DNA from: Azolla caroliniana | Taxonomy: Eukaryota > Plantae > Polypodiophyta | Length of the DNA: 64,000 nt | Direction: 5' to 3' | Assembly (NCBI GenBank): GCA_043228905.1 | Contig: JBHGNT010000012.1 | Location: 20,274,001 to 20,338,000, forward strand | Shown here: positions 15,001 to 27,297 of the stretch, piece by piece | Layout: each line of letters begins with the position of its first letter | Position numbering within the stretch: position 1 is the first letter of the stretch | The notes under the pieces: model-generated | The model's database searches: none | Seen by the model: only the letters and a program-made list of their open reading frames with translations | What the model was told of the DNA's origin: nothing | Made by a program: the position numbers and the translations under genes

Positions 15001-17026
15001 TGTCAAATTTATAGAAATGCATTGATCAAGGAGACAAAGAAGAAAAATCATAAATAGATACAATGAGAAATTCATTAGCTGAGGTAGTTTGAGAAGAAAT
15101 GCTAAAATCAGATAGTTTGGAAAAGATTATTTCATTTCTAATGACATAATAATTGCAAATAACTTAAATATATAGCTAGGTAAGGCAACCAGTATTACTT
15201 TGTCCGCTCCAGGTACACCAAGGAGTGCCGCTTGCTCTGGTGTAGCAGCAAGATACACAGAGGCCCATGACTTGGTTCCAAAGCCACTCCACTTTTCTAT
15301 CTCTCCTCCACTCTCAAATAGATCATCCATAGACTCCCATCCATCATTACCCTCTGCTTCCATCTTTGAGGTAGCCGAAGTAGAACCATCTAAAATCCTT
15401 TTCCTTAGAAACCCACTAGCTCCTTCTTCCATAGACTTTCCATGATGCCTTCAAAGTTCCAACATAACAAATTTTGATTTCACCAAAATGAAAACGAAAG
15501 GTATATTAATGTCTCTAAAAAACCATAACGACCTACATGACCTAACAAAGATTACAATTGATGATGTTCACTTGCCATTACGAGTAGCAAAAGAGAAATC
15601 TCTTTCTACTCTAGCATCCTAAAGTTCAACAGCTTGAATATATGCAATAATGAATGACTAATGTACATAGAAAGGAAGAAAGATTATATTCATGTCTCCT
15701 AGAGAGACATCTGGCCTATGAGATCCAAAAATATCACAATCACAATGTTATGCAATACCTCATATTTTAAAAGAATACTCATCATTGAAGGAAGAAAGTA
15801 CTTCTTTGAAGTGTGAATCACCTTTTCACTGGTCTACGAAGATTCAGATCTTGTTCAGCTTTTCTAATGGCAGTAGAAACTTCATCACTGGCATTCAACC
15901 CAGCCCAGTGAGTCCTTCTTTTCCATGCTTCTGTACTACAACCTTGAGGTGCTTGTTTCTCGATCCATTTGAAAAGATCCGAAAGATCTACTCCAGCTGC
16001 ATCAAGACTTTCCTATGAACACTTACAAGTTAATGATGGTGGAAGAATAGTTAACCTTTAGACCATACTCAAAAACAAAATAAAGTTAAATCTCTCATTG
16101 GTAAACTAACTTGTAGAAGGCTGCTCTGATCTTCCAACTCATCAAGTGTTACTTGCCATTGCTCTATGTAGGTGTGCATCTCCTCATCAACAGCTCTATC
16201 AAGCTTCTTTTTGCCAAAAGATCGACCAAGACAATTTAATATGATGAAAATGTGGATATCTTCCCAAAAAATCCTATAGAGTTCAATAATGTGATTTGTT
16301 CAACCTCATAATTAAGAACATTTGAAGAGAGTTCTTCCTTGATTTCAACCCTAAGAGCAGCTAAAGACTCTTCTTCAAGCATTTCCTGAGCTTCAGCTGC
16401 CTGTTAACACAGGCATCTAGTTAATAATATTTTGTACTACATTAAAACAATTTCAAGAACAGGGTGCCAACAAACCTTGCTCTCAACTACCAAAAGTTCA
16501 TCTATAAGATCTTGAACTTCATCGTCTGTAAAAGCAACCTACATTTGAGTGAAACACATAATCAACATTCCAGCAATTCCCTTCGAGAATAAGCAACGAC
16601 AATATAAAATCAACAGTTCAATGATTCTCTTCAGACATCAGCAATCCAACGATTTATTTCATGAGCAATAACAGAATCAACAGTTCAACGAATCTCTTCA
16701 GAAATCAGCAATCCAACAATTATTTCATGAATAGCAATGACATAGAAAACCACCTTCCTGATCATTTTCGTCATGAATAAGGATGCCTCAATACAAAATC
16801 CATGTTCCAATGATTCTCTTCATGAATAAGTAATGACATTACTAAATCAATGTTCTAATGATACTCTTCATGAGTAAGCAATGGAAATACAAAAGGATCC
16901 CTGAGTTAGACTAAATACCTCTACCGTAGAATCCTCCTCTTCAGATGAGTATGAATCTTCATCAAACTCACTCTCCTCATCACTGGTCTTTGTTTCAAAA
17001 TCTTCTGATTGTCCATCTTCAACCAT
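3077..17026 (-). CDS. ATRX: ATRX / CHROMATIN REMODELING 20-like SNF2 helicase, 26 coding exons, about 1443 aa
   Basis: Exons joined by hand, all GT-AG and phase-consistent, 4332 nt total: 17026-16919, 16538-16476, 16400-16305, 16203-16111, 16012-15822, 15448-15199, 14537-14424, 14321-14241, 14160-14086, 13985-13521, 13429-13158, 12589-12499, 10482-10318, 8980-8861, 8733-8567, 7648-7507, 7195-7043, 6966-6911, 6832-6529, 6448-6316, 5383-5328, 5251-5013, 4604-4401, 4202-4124, 3984-3734, 3440-3077. Motifs: ADD zinc domain ([40 protein letters not shown]), [79 protein letters not shown]. Confidence 0.93.
9195..9590. repeat. Intronic repeat in ATRX, 3 copies of about 100 bp
   Basis: AGATTCAxTTGxGGTTTxACAAAACC...GTTCAGGCTTAGAxATG recurs near 9200, 9400 and 9510. 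Confidence 0.7.
11440..12340 (+). mobile_element. Degenerate non-LTR (LINE) reverse transcriptase fragment in an ATRX intron
   Basis: Broken RT motifs on the plus strand: PIFKS..SNYRKIM (11480-11530), VDFQKAF (about 11700), TIGIK*GCPLSP (11871-11905). Many stops and frameshifts. Confidence 0.7.
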
Positions 17027-17783
17027 TTTCTCTTCAGTATGGCAGAAAACTCATTTAACTGGTATTAGCATCAATTCACTGCAATTACAAAAATGTTGAG
17101 AAAAAGATGATGTAAAAACACTTAGTGGAATGTCCCCAAGGATAAACCAAGTTTTTATTAATCCAAAGATCTGGATTTGAATGTCACTAATTTATGAAAT
17201 GAATACAGAGTGCAGGGATTGAACTCGTGATATCTTGAGGCAACATTCCAAAGTTGTGGATTTCTATTATCAAGGATGGTTGAAACTCTTTATTCTAGAG
17301 ATATGCAGATTTAAAGTGGCGTTCTTGAAGAGAAACAGATCAGTATGTAGAGAGTCTATACAAAGGCAGACGTCTGACTTTTTACAAACCAACCAACAAG
17401 CATCTCAAAGAAGGATAGCTGGCTCGGTTCAGATGCATGTAGAAATATGAGGACTCAAATAGTAGAAGGTGCCTACACCAGAGAATATATGGTATCATAG
17501 CTCAAGACCAAACACGACCTACTTGTAGATTTTCACTATGGACATCCAAAACATGTATTGCCATCCTATAAGACTTCTCATAGACACTGGTATTCCACTC
17601 ACTGCCTAGCTCTCCCAAATTTATTTTTTGTATCCCTGGCATAACACATCATGTAGGTTGTAACCACGGTCCCTATATCACTGTGCTTTGATCATAGTGT
17701 TGTTTATATCAGGTGAATTCCCTATTTGAAGGTGGATGTAACTTCATTTCATTTCCCTCTGTAATAGACCTTATGATACCTTT

Positions 17784-18020
17784 GTGTTGATCTACAACTC
17801 TCTGAAGGGCCTACAAAGATATCTAGATGCTTTAAAGTCGTTTTGTACAGACAAGGATTTGTCAGTCAATCTTCAGAAAACCAAAGTCATGGCCTTTAAC
17901 ACCATTCAAGCACGGATAACAAGATCAAACGAGGAATTCTTGGGAGAGAAAAGGTTGGCATACACACGATCCTATACATATCTAGGAGTAACATTATCAA
18001 GGCTTTGGTTCTTTAAGTGA
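17784..18020 (+). mobile_element. LINE reverse transcriptase C-terminal fragment in the ATRX 5' intron
   Basis: LQRYLDALKSFCTDKDLSVNLQKTKVMAFN...YTYLGVTLS matches the late RT domains (N..KT, YLG) of non-LTR elements. Confidence 0.7.
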
Positions 18021-19109
18021 AGTTGAATAGAGTGATCCAAGCTGATATCGTTAAATTGGAAAGTGAAAGAACATGCATCAGCCCCACAAGATCTTTTGGT
18101 AGGAAGACTGCCCAGTACAAGACACCGTTATGTGGCTGGATGGACTAATTATCAGGCCTTATGTGGGTACACATCTATCTCATGCACTCCGTAAAGTGAC
18201 AGGAAGCTCAGGATCTCTTGCTGGACAATATCAGTACAACCACAACAGCCCATCAACATATGCGAAATACAACTTGCTCATCAACATATGAAAAATACAA
18301 CTTTCTTTAACCACGTCGCTGCTCAGGCTACAACTCAATTAAGTAGTGCACGCGTGGATTCTCAACCAAGACACTTGAAAGGGGTTCCAATAGATCAGGC
18401 AATCGCAATGTGTTGTACACGTAAACCCTAACCCCTAAACCACAGCCTCATCACCCCTGTCACCTACAAATAAACACCATTACCACCCGGCACTGAAGAC
18501 GGTTCTCTCGCTTTGGAAAACTCTCCATATTGGAGCACCCGATTTTGGAGATTTTGCAGACACAAAAATTTCATTGATAAAAGTTTTTAGATATATAGAA
18601 TCTTTAATATCATATTTTTGGTTGTACTTATTTTGTTTGTTGTTCTCAGGGATGAGAAAACATTGTAAGATGTAATCTCTTGTTTTGTCTTCTACCCCAT
18701 TTAGCCTATTTAAAGACCTTAACATAGCTTTCTTTCTTTCTGTCTCTATGCATTACAGACATGGATCTTCACAAAAAGGACAGCCTACTTCGGAGGATGC
18801 AGGGAATCAGCGAGCATTACCATACAGGTTTCAGCCAGCAAATATCAACACCATCAGACAAAGTTTATGCAATGATTTTTTCCAACATTCTATTCATGTT
18901 ATGTTCTTTCAAAGCAACATTTCTTCACTTCCCACATCTTCTATCTCTAGTTTTCTACTCATGGTAACTCTCTCATAGTCATGTTCTTTCAACTTTCTAT
19001 CGGATATCACTACGCATCGACTTAAATGCTGGTCTCCTAGCTCTAGGATTCTTACTTCCTTTTTTCGTTGCATTATATCTGAAACTTCTATGATTTGACA
19101 CATGATGGT

Positions 19110-19470
19110 TACAGCTTTGGTTTTAGTTCTATATTTTTTGTTTCATTTTGAGGGTCATGCCCACAGTATAGCTTTGGATGTTCTGGACTAATGACATTAT
19201 TTGTTGTAGCAATTGTTCATTTTAGGCCTCAAAAAAATGCATTCGCTCATTTTTTATTTTTTGTTACTCTCCTAAAGTTTTTATCACACGATGATAGTAA
19301 CTTTGGTCCTAGCACTACGATTTTCGTTTTATTTTGGGGTTGATGCCCACAGGTACTTTTGGATGCTCTAGAATTATGTCATTGTTTCTCATAGCAATCA
19401 CCTATTTTCGGCCTCCAAACAAATGCATTCGCTCTTTTTATTTCTTCTGTTCCTCTCCTTAAGCTTTTAG
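19110..19470. repeat. Diverged tandem duplication of about 185 bp
   Basis: ATGCCCACAG..TTTGGATG..TAGCAAT..GGCCTC..AAATGCATTCGCTC is present twice. Confidence 0.65.
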
Positions 19471-19635
19471 CAGGAGCCATCAGGTGATATTCAAAAGCAG
19501 GGAAATACTCAAAAAACTGCCTTTCACACTCAGAATTTTTTTCTCTTTCTCTCTTAACTTCCGCTCTCCATACCTCTCTAATGAGTTCATCGAGACCGCG
19601 GGGGAATCAATAACTGAACTACATCTCTAAGGTTT

Positions 19636-19691
<56 letters not shown>

Positions 19692-19723
19692 CTATCTCGC
19701 TCTCTGTATGTGATGACATTTAC

Positions 19724-19900
19724 CTGCGAGCGAAGACGTGGGGATGGCTTTCGTGTGGACTAATCGACAGGGAGACGAGGATGCAGGAACAGAAAAATAG
19801 GGAAGGAAATGAAGGAAAGGCAGTGTCTCCAATGGCGGGCGTGCTTCTTCGTCTTCTTCGTCTTCTGCTTCTTCGTCTTCTTCTTCTCTGTCATAGCTCC
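19724..19900 (-). other. Probable non-coding first exon (5' UTR) of ATRX
   Basis: A minus-strand donor CAG|GTAAAT lies at 19723, followed by (GA)n/(GATA)n microsatellites. A matching acceptor TTGCAG lies at 17079, upstream of the ATG. The 5' boundary is approximate. Confidence 0.55.
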
Positions 19901-20185
19901 GAGAAGGCTGGAGATACCCCTGTGTTTTCATTATTTCCATCTGATGCCCTCGGTCAACCACTTCTACTTCACACGTCTCTCCTGTTGGAGGGTTTCGCCG
20001 AGGGCATATGGAGAAATAAAAGGAAACCTTATGATATGAATCATGATGAATGAATGAGGCATGAAGAACATCTCCGTCTCTGCCAGGGCCTTCCCGTCCC
20101 CCAAACAAATAACACTCCCGAGAAATAATTCGCCATACCTTCGAATGTTATTGTTACACGGGTGGGCTCTATGCATTGGCTCAAG

Positions 20186-20674
20186 CTGCAATCGACAACG
20201 GAATCGAATCACGAAACCAAGGGTTAACGGTTTAAACGATTCGGTTCGGTTCATGTTCAAGGTTTTTTAAACGGTTCGTTTCGGGTTGGGGGCCAACTGT
20301 TCAATTCGGTTTCAATGGTTTGACACCGTGGTTTAAACGGCTTGACAATTTAAGGTTGCCACTTGATTATTTTCTTAAATATTTTTCTGAGAAACCTTTC
20401 ATTTTTTACGCCTAAATTTGACATTTTAGGAAAAGTCTTTAAATTTTTTAAATATTGGAAATTATTTTTGAATTTTTGAATTTTGACCTAACTTGCAAAC
20501 CGAAACCATGGGTTTTAACGCGTTGGATTTTTTGCAAGGTTCAGTTTGAAGGGTTTTGGTCTAAACAGTTTCAGTTAAAATGGTTTCATGGTTTTGTATA
20601 AGTTTCTTTTCTTTAATAATGATTTGAGTTTGACACTCTCGAACCAAATTGAACCGAACCGTTGCCGATTCTTA
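20186..20674. mobile_element. hAT-type MITE upstream of ATRX
   Basis: Termini ..AATCGACAACGG and CCGTTGCCGATTCTTA are inverted repeats. 8-bp TSD GGCTCAAG/TGCTCAAG (7/8). Subterminal AACCG/CGGTT arrays and an AT-rich centre. Confidence 0.75.
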
Positions 20675-21979
20675 TGCTCAAGGTGTCTAAGTTTATGATT
20701 ATGCGTCGTGAATCGACACATCGTCCATCAATCGTGGAATTGGACGAACAATCGGGAGGTCATAATGCTTCTCAATGCGCTCTCATGTTGTCTAATCCCA
20801 TAAGAACAAAAGTGAGTCTCAAGGACTTATAATAAAACGAGTGCCGACATATTTACTATTGTATCCCCTCATATTCAAATGCTCGCAAATAATTGGGATC
20901 GAGATTTCATGAGTCCTTGATCTTCACATTTGAATGCGTAATGTGTGGATCGAGTCCCGCATGTTACCAAAACTATATCGAACTCCCAACTAGAAAACTT
21001 CTGTACATGCTTTCCTTCATGTCACGTGACAAATTTGAAGCACTTGGGAAAAGTGACATTCTCTTTGTTGTCCAAAGCCTATGTAGCATCTCAAGTCACC
21101 TCAAGGTGTCTCGCACCAAGGGCATGTCATGTCTTTGATCCATAGGGATTCCCTCCTCTTATCGGATTCGTTGGTCGAGGGGGTCAAAGTCTAGACCGTT
21201 ATATGTCCTATAAGTGGTCGAGGGGCGAGAATGATCATCAGTCATCCTCGAGCCATTAGTTTCATCTACCCTAATATTGTGAATTCTCGCTTGCTTTTCC
21301 CACATGATAACTTAGGCAAAATGTTAACTAGAGCCTAGTTAGGGCTTAAGCATTAAGTACCAATATTGGTAAGACAATATCATACAATGAGATAGTAACC
21401 ATGCACTTCGATTAAAATTCATTAGCACAATATATACAAGAAGAGGAATGGTTAAGGTTTGATACCTTATGGGTGGGTATTAGTAGTAAGACAAGGGAGT
21501 AAGAGGGTTGCAACTTAGATTGTAGAAAGGGCAAAAGTATAAAGATCGATGATGAAACTCGAGAGTCACAAAAAGTGGCTTTTATAGCTTTGAAACATGA
21601 TGTTTTGCAAGCTTTCACATTCAAATGCCCTTTTAGCCTATAGCTTTAAAATGTTTTTCTCTTTTCTTTCCTACGTTTATTCCCTTTACTTGGTCATTTG
21701 TATTCTTGCCAGTATTGATGTCTTCATTGGCCATGTTATGTTGTCATGAAGTAGGAAGGCTTCGCAATGTAAATCCACAGAAAGATAAATACATATGACA
21801 CTTACGTTATTAAAATAATGTTAAGCTAAAGTAAGATTAATGAATTATATGTAAAGACCATAAAATATTAAAATAATTACATTCATGTTATATTGTCTAC
21901 ATATTACGAGGGCAATGAAATAAAATGATCACGTAGAACATGAACCTATGGCGTCCACTTTAACCATAATATAGAAAAG

Positions 21980-22283
21980 TGTAAAGAAAGGAGAGTAGTT
22001 TCTGGGACCTTTGGGCTCCCTGGCTAGATTGTATGCAACAAAAGGACTGTGTGTGTGTGTATGTATGCAACTGAGAGAATGAGTGAGAGAGCTCTTTAAC
22101 CAAGAGGACTGTATATTATCATCCAACAGAATACATCCACTAGTAACAAAGTTACAAAATGTTGGTTTAAATACCAACTAAATTAGGGCAAAGACCCTTT
22201 CTACTATTTACAAAACTAGCCCGGTATTTCCATGAGCTAGTGTGAAACCTATTCCTATGGGAAGTTGAGTTCGATTCTCAACA
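21980..22283 (-). repeat. Copia 3' LTR
   Basis: TGTAAAGAAAGGAGAG...GATTCTCAACA, similar to 38148-38427. Preceded on the minus strand by the purine tract GAAGGGGCG. Confidence 0.9.
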
Positions 22284-22429
22284 CGCCCCTTCGAACACAA
22301 CTTCCGGGTTTTTGAAGAGTTATTTCGGATCGGTCTTTGGAACACTTCGAATTTCGATTATTCAGTTTTTCCAGTTGCGTACTCCTTGTTCGGCTTTGAT
22401 CAATCGATCGATTCACTGTTTTGTACTCC

Positions 22430-25400
22430 CCCTCAAGCTCGACTGGTCTAGAATAGATAGGCCAAGGTTCGTCGCGAACTGCCAAAGCTTGTCGATACCC
22501 AAGGCTTTCATGAAAATGTCGGCTACCTGTAAATTTGTGCTGATGTGTTGAAGTCGATATCTCTGGCCTGCACGTGTTCGCAAATGAAGTGGTAGTGCAC
22601 TTCGACATGCTTAGTCCGCGCGTGGAATACGAGGTTCCGTGCTAGGTAGATATTACTCATGTTGTCGCAGTATAGACGAATAAGATCCTTCATTATACGC
22701 TTGAGCCATACGGCTTTGCACGCAGCGACCGTCGCGCCCCTGTATTCGGCCTCCGTGCTCGACAGTCCAACTGTCGGTTGCTTCTTGCTACTCCATCAGA
22801 TTGCTCCGTTGTCGAGGGAGAAGACAAATCCTGATGTTGACAGTCTATTAACAATCAACAATGATTTGGTTCGGTTTGAGAGGGTCCAAACCGAACTATT
22901 TAAATTTTTTGAAACTTGAACCGAACCAAAATGAACCACGAAACTGTTAAACCTTTTTCAAACCTTTAAACCATTCAACCGTAAAAACCGCGGTTTCGTG
23001 GTTCGGTTTCGGTTTTCAACATAGGTCAAATTTTATTTTATTTTAAATTGATAATATTTCATTTTAATTTTTTTTTAAGATGTTCCTAAAATGTGAGAAT
23101 AAGGTCTAAAAATGAAAAGTTTGTTTAAAAACAATTTATATATATATTTTTTAAATTATTATTTTTTAAAAACAAATAAATAAAGAACCATTTAAACCAC
23201 GTTTTTTAACAGTTGAAACCGAACCGAACCGTTGAAACCATTAAACCGTGGTTTAGCAGTTCGGTTCAAACCGAACCGTTGCCGATTGTTACCGTCTATC
23301 CGCTTTATAACCTGCCCAACCTATGTTTGTGTACCCTTCGAATCGAATTGGTGTGGTCAATGCGTAAAGGATGACGTAATCCATTGTGCTCCTCATGTAT
23401 TATAATACTCGCTTAGTGCAATCGAAATGGATATCTCGCAGAGTTTGCACGATTTGGCTAAGTAGGCCGACTGAATAGCTGAGTTCGGGTCCCGTAATGG
23501 TTAGCTAGATGAGGTTGCCGATCAATTGACGATACTGAGTTGGCTCGCACTCGACTATGCCAAAATCGACATCAAGCTTGAGATTACGGTCAAGCGGGGT
23601 GGACACAGGTTTGCACTCCGTCATCCCGAACTTGTAGAGTAAGTTGAGGACATAGTGTCGTTGTGAGATCATTATCCCGATTGGTGTTCAAATTACTTCG
23701 ATGCCTATGAAGTAATGGAGCTCATGCAGGTCTTTCGTTTCAAATCTGTCAGAGAGAAGTGTTTTGACCTTGTTAATCTCAGCGAGATCCTTTCCTCTGA
23801 TGACCAAATCATCCATGTATAGGATGATGACAATCGGGCTATCCGATTCGTTTCGGATGTACAGAGAATTATTAGATTTTGACATTCGAAATCCAATTTG
23901 ATGAAGATATTGTGTGATCGTCGAATGCCACGCACGTGGTGCTTGTTTGAGGTCGTAGAGTGGCTTCTTGAATCGGCACACGACATTCGGATGATTGCGT
24001 GATTCAAAGCCGGGTGGTTGAATCATGTACACTTCATCCTCTAATTCCCCTTGGAGGAAGGCATTCTTTACGTCCATCTGATGGAAGGGCCACCCTTTTG
24101 TTGTTGTGATTGCAACCACGGTCTGCACAATTGTCATCTTTTCCAATGGGGCAAAGGTCTCTTCGTAGTCAACTCCATGCATTTGTGCGTATCCTTTCGC
24201 AACGATCCGTGCTTTGAAGTGATTTATGGAGCCGTCAGCATTGTGTTTCACTTTGTAAATCCATCTACAGCCAATCGCCTTCTTGTGCGGTCAGTGGGGG
24301 ACAAGATCCCATGTCTTGTTTTTGGAGAGTGCTTGCATCTCCTCATTCATCGCTTCAACCCATCTGGGGTCCTTCGCAGCTTCGGAAAATGTTTCTGGCT
24401 CCCGTATTGTCGCTACCTTCATCATAAAGGCGTAATGGTACGCCATATAACCGTTATAGCCACATCAACTTACGGGGTTCTTTTCTTGGGTGGACCGGCA
24501 TAGCTTTTCATTCATGGATACTAAGGCTTTCTTCACTCCATTTGTCTGGATGTTGAGGCCTTCGAACTCACTATCGAGGGAGTGAGTCGATTCATTTTCG
24601 TCGAAGTGATCGTCTTCATACTCCGGCATTTTCGCCTTCCCTTTGTCCAACTTCGGACTCGGCCGAGATGTGCTTTGATCGCTCAGAGGCTCTTGTGGCC
24701 CAGTAAGCCTCGTCGTAATTGGGCTTTCTTCGAACATGCGCGTGAGCCGATCTTCGGCTTCTATCTCTATTTCGACGGATTTAGGGTTGAGCGAAATCAG
24801 AGTCGAAGCTGTCAATGGTGCGTACCAGGATGCGAACTCGTTGAAAACAACATCTCGAATTGTTCGAACTTTTCGGGTAGATGGATTGTAGCATTTGTAC
24901 CCCTTTTGTTCGAGCGAGTACCACACGAGGATACATTTCTCCGACTTCGGGTCGAGCTTTTGTCACGTATCATCGAAAATATGGACATGTGATAAGTCCG
25001 ACTTCTTACCAAGAAGCTTCTCATTAGGGGTTGTGTCGTGTACTCCCGAGGTTGTGCACCTGTTCATGAGGTATATGACCGTGTTCGCCACTTTTGCCCA
25101 ATATGATTTCGGCAAGTTCTTCTTGTTCATCATTGCCCGTGCAACCTCTACTATGTGCCGGCTCTTCCGCTCGGCTACGCCATTTTGTTGAGGTGTGTGA
25201 CGGCATGAAAATTCTCGTCGGGTTCCTTCCTTTTGGAGATACGCCATAAACTCATCCGAGAAATATTCTTTGCCTCCATTTGATCGAAGGTAGTGTACGT
25301 GCCGACCCGTAGATTTTTCGACTTCCTTTGGACCTCTGGAAGTGTCTGAACACTTCGCTCTTCTGTCTCATCGGGTAGATCCATGTGTGCCTGGAGAAGT

Positions 25401-26654
25401 CGTCGATGAACGTGACGTAATATCGGCATCCGCCGAGTGTGGTTGTCTAGGACGGTCCCTATACATCTGAATGTACGACATCCAGGATCCCTTTGCTCAC
25501 ATTCCGCTCTTTCGGGAATGGATGTCGGTGTTACTTTCCGAACTAGCACGCTTCGCATACGCCTGTAATCTCCTTCTCGCTAAAGTTCGGGAGTTCGATT
25601 ACAACTCCTTTCAATTGCATGTTCTGAAGCTTCTGGAGGTTGATGTGGCCAATTCTCTTGTGCCACAAGTTTAGGTCGGTTTTGACTTTGAGGCCCTTTG
25701 CAAACATGGCCGATTTTACCTCGTTCGATTTGAGGATAAACATACGGCCTTCACGATGGCCATGAGCTATGACTCGATCACCTCTTTCGATAAAACACCC
25801 ATCATTGTTGAATCGTACTTTGCATTCCTTGTTCGATAATCGGGCCGACCGAGACCAGTTTTTCGTGATGGTAGGAACATGTAGTATGTTCTTGAGGTAG
25901 GTTTGTTCGTCGTCGTTTCCGAATGGGACTTTCCCGATATGCTATATTGGATGAGTCGTGTCATCACCTATCTCGACATATCCGGGACGTTCCGTTTTTT
26001 GTAATTCTCGAAACCAATCTTCATGAGACGTCATGTGGTTAGATGCTCCTGAGTCAACAAACCATACATTCTCTGAGGGCGTGGTGCTTGTTTCACCTTG
26101 TGTCGCCATTGAGTGCACTTTGTGCCTCATCATGAACATTCCGCTACGATCGTCGTAGTCGGGATTCGATGCGTAATTCCTGAGTTGTCGGCTGGTTGAA
26201 GCCGACTCTCGCTTCTTCTTTCGACACTCCTCTTTGCAGTGACTGAGTTTTCCGCAATATCCACATTTGATTGGGTTATTATGATTTCTTGGTCTGGCGT
26301 GATGACTCCCCCTTCTGCTGAACTCTCTGGGATTGTTCCTGTCCGCTTGCCATTGGTGGGAGTTATGCTCTTGGGTCTGCCGACAGTGATGACCTTGTCT
26401 GAATTGAGCTCTATTTCCACGACCGAAATTTCTTCTAACATCCGATTGTGTGTAGAGCATATGACCCTCTGGTGCGTTGCTCCTTTGTCAGACGTGATTT
26501 TCCTCGACCAACAATATTGACTGGAGATTGGAAAAGGTGGGAGGATTCTCTCTCGCGAGGACGACAGACCTTATTGTGCTGAATCGAGGTGTTAAGCCTC
26601 TGAGGCATATCTGCACCATTTCTTCGTCGTCAATGCCAACATTGATCGACCCAA
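22430..26654 (-). pseudogene. Copia gag (C-terminal part) and pol: zinc knuckle, protease, integrase, RT, RNase H; frameshifted
   Basis: CGYCGKLSHCKEEC; WFVDSGASNHMT; LWHKRIGHIN; HTPQQNGVAERK; KARIVAKGYAQMHGVDYEETFAP; HQMDVKNAFLQG; LYMDDL. RNase H remnants flank the MITE. Confidence 0.9.
22849..23291. mobile_element. hAT-type MITE (443 bp) inserted in Copia RNase H
   Basis: TIRs TAACAATCAACAATG.. and ..CCGTTGCCGATTGTTA; 8-bp TSD CAGTCTAT/CCGTCTAT. Copia sequence is contiguous once the insert is removed. Confidence 0.85.
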
Positions 26655-27117
26655 TGTTATTGCTAGGGCCAGACAACAACCTAACACAGGGTGTCCACTT
26701 AAGACACGTCACCAAAGGGTGGTACGACAGAATGACTTACGGCTCAACGCTTAATTAGACCTTAATCGATTACTTAGCCATCCGTAATTAACACGCGTAA
26801 GATATAACAATAAACACAAAACGGTAATCAACACTTGAAGATTAAGACAATACACTTTATTAATTATCCGCTCCTGATTACATTGTAACCGGGCCTTTAT
26901 ATAGGTCTCCGATGCGAAATACAAAACGGTGTCAAACAGCACCTTTACGGAATCGTTCCAGATCCAGATCGGCATACCGATTCTGGTTCGTCCATCCACA
27001 TCTTCTTATATAATAATATGTATATAGTAAGACTACTAATTACAACAGTTCCCGAATAACTATTCCTTTCACACTCTGGTTTGGACCTCCTTAAGCCTTC
27101 TTCGTCGGCCGGTAACA
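26655..27117 (-). repeat. Gypsy 3' LTR
   Basis: TGTTATTG...GGTAACA; direct repeat of 37171-37633. Confidence 0.95.
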
Positions 27118-27119
27118 CA

Positions 27120-27164
27120 TGGCACGCCCGTGGGATAGTACCTTGTACGTCGAACCCACTATCC
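27120..27164 (-). other. tRNA 3'-half-like sequence (equivalently an antisense PBS) at the PPT position of the Gypsy element
   Basis: Minus strand: GGATAGTGGGTTCGA-CGTACAAGGTACTA-TCCCACGGGCGTGCCA-TG-[3' LTR]. No purine tract adjoins the LTR. Confidence 0.7.
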
Positions 27165-27297
27165 GGCCCTTTTACGCTTCGTCCAAAATGTCCAGAATAC
27201 TTTGCTCCAAAATTTCCAATGGCTCGTCGGGAATCTGTTGTTCCTGATGTGGTTGTTGTTGTTGTTGTTCCGTTTGTGGCTGTGGCTGCTGCTCCGT

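Noticed and set aside
19692-20108. 138-aa ORF with an acidic stretch, considered as an ATRX N-terminal extension
   Set aside because: Splicing from 19724 to 17078 gives an immediate stop, and an in-frame TGA precedes the ATG at 17026. The acidity comes from a (GAA)n-type repeat.
26751-26999. Duplicated 82-aa ORF, also at 37267-37515
   Set aside because: It lies entirely within the Gypsy LTRs, so the duplication is explained by the LTR pair.
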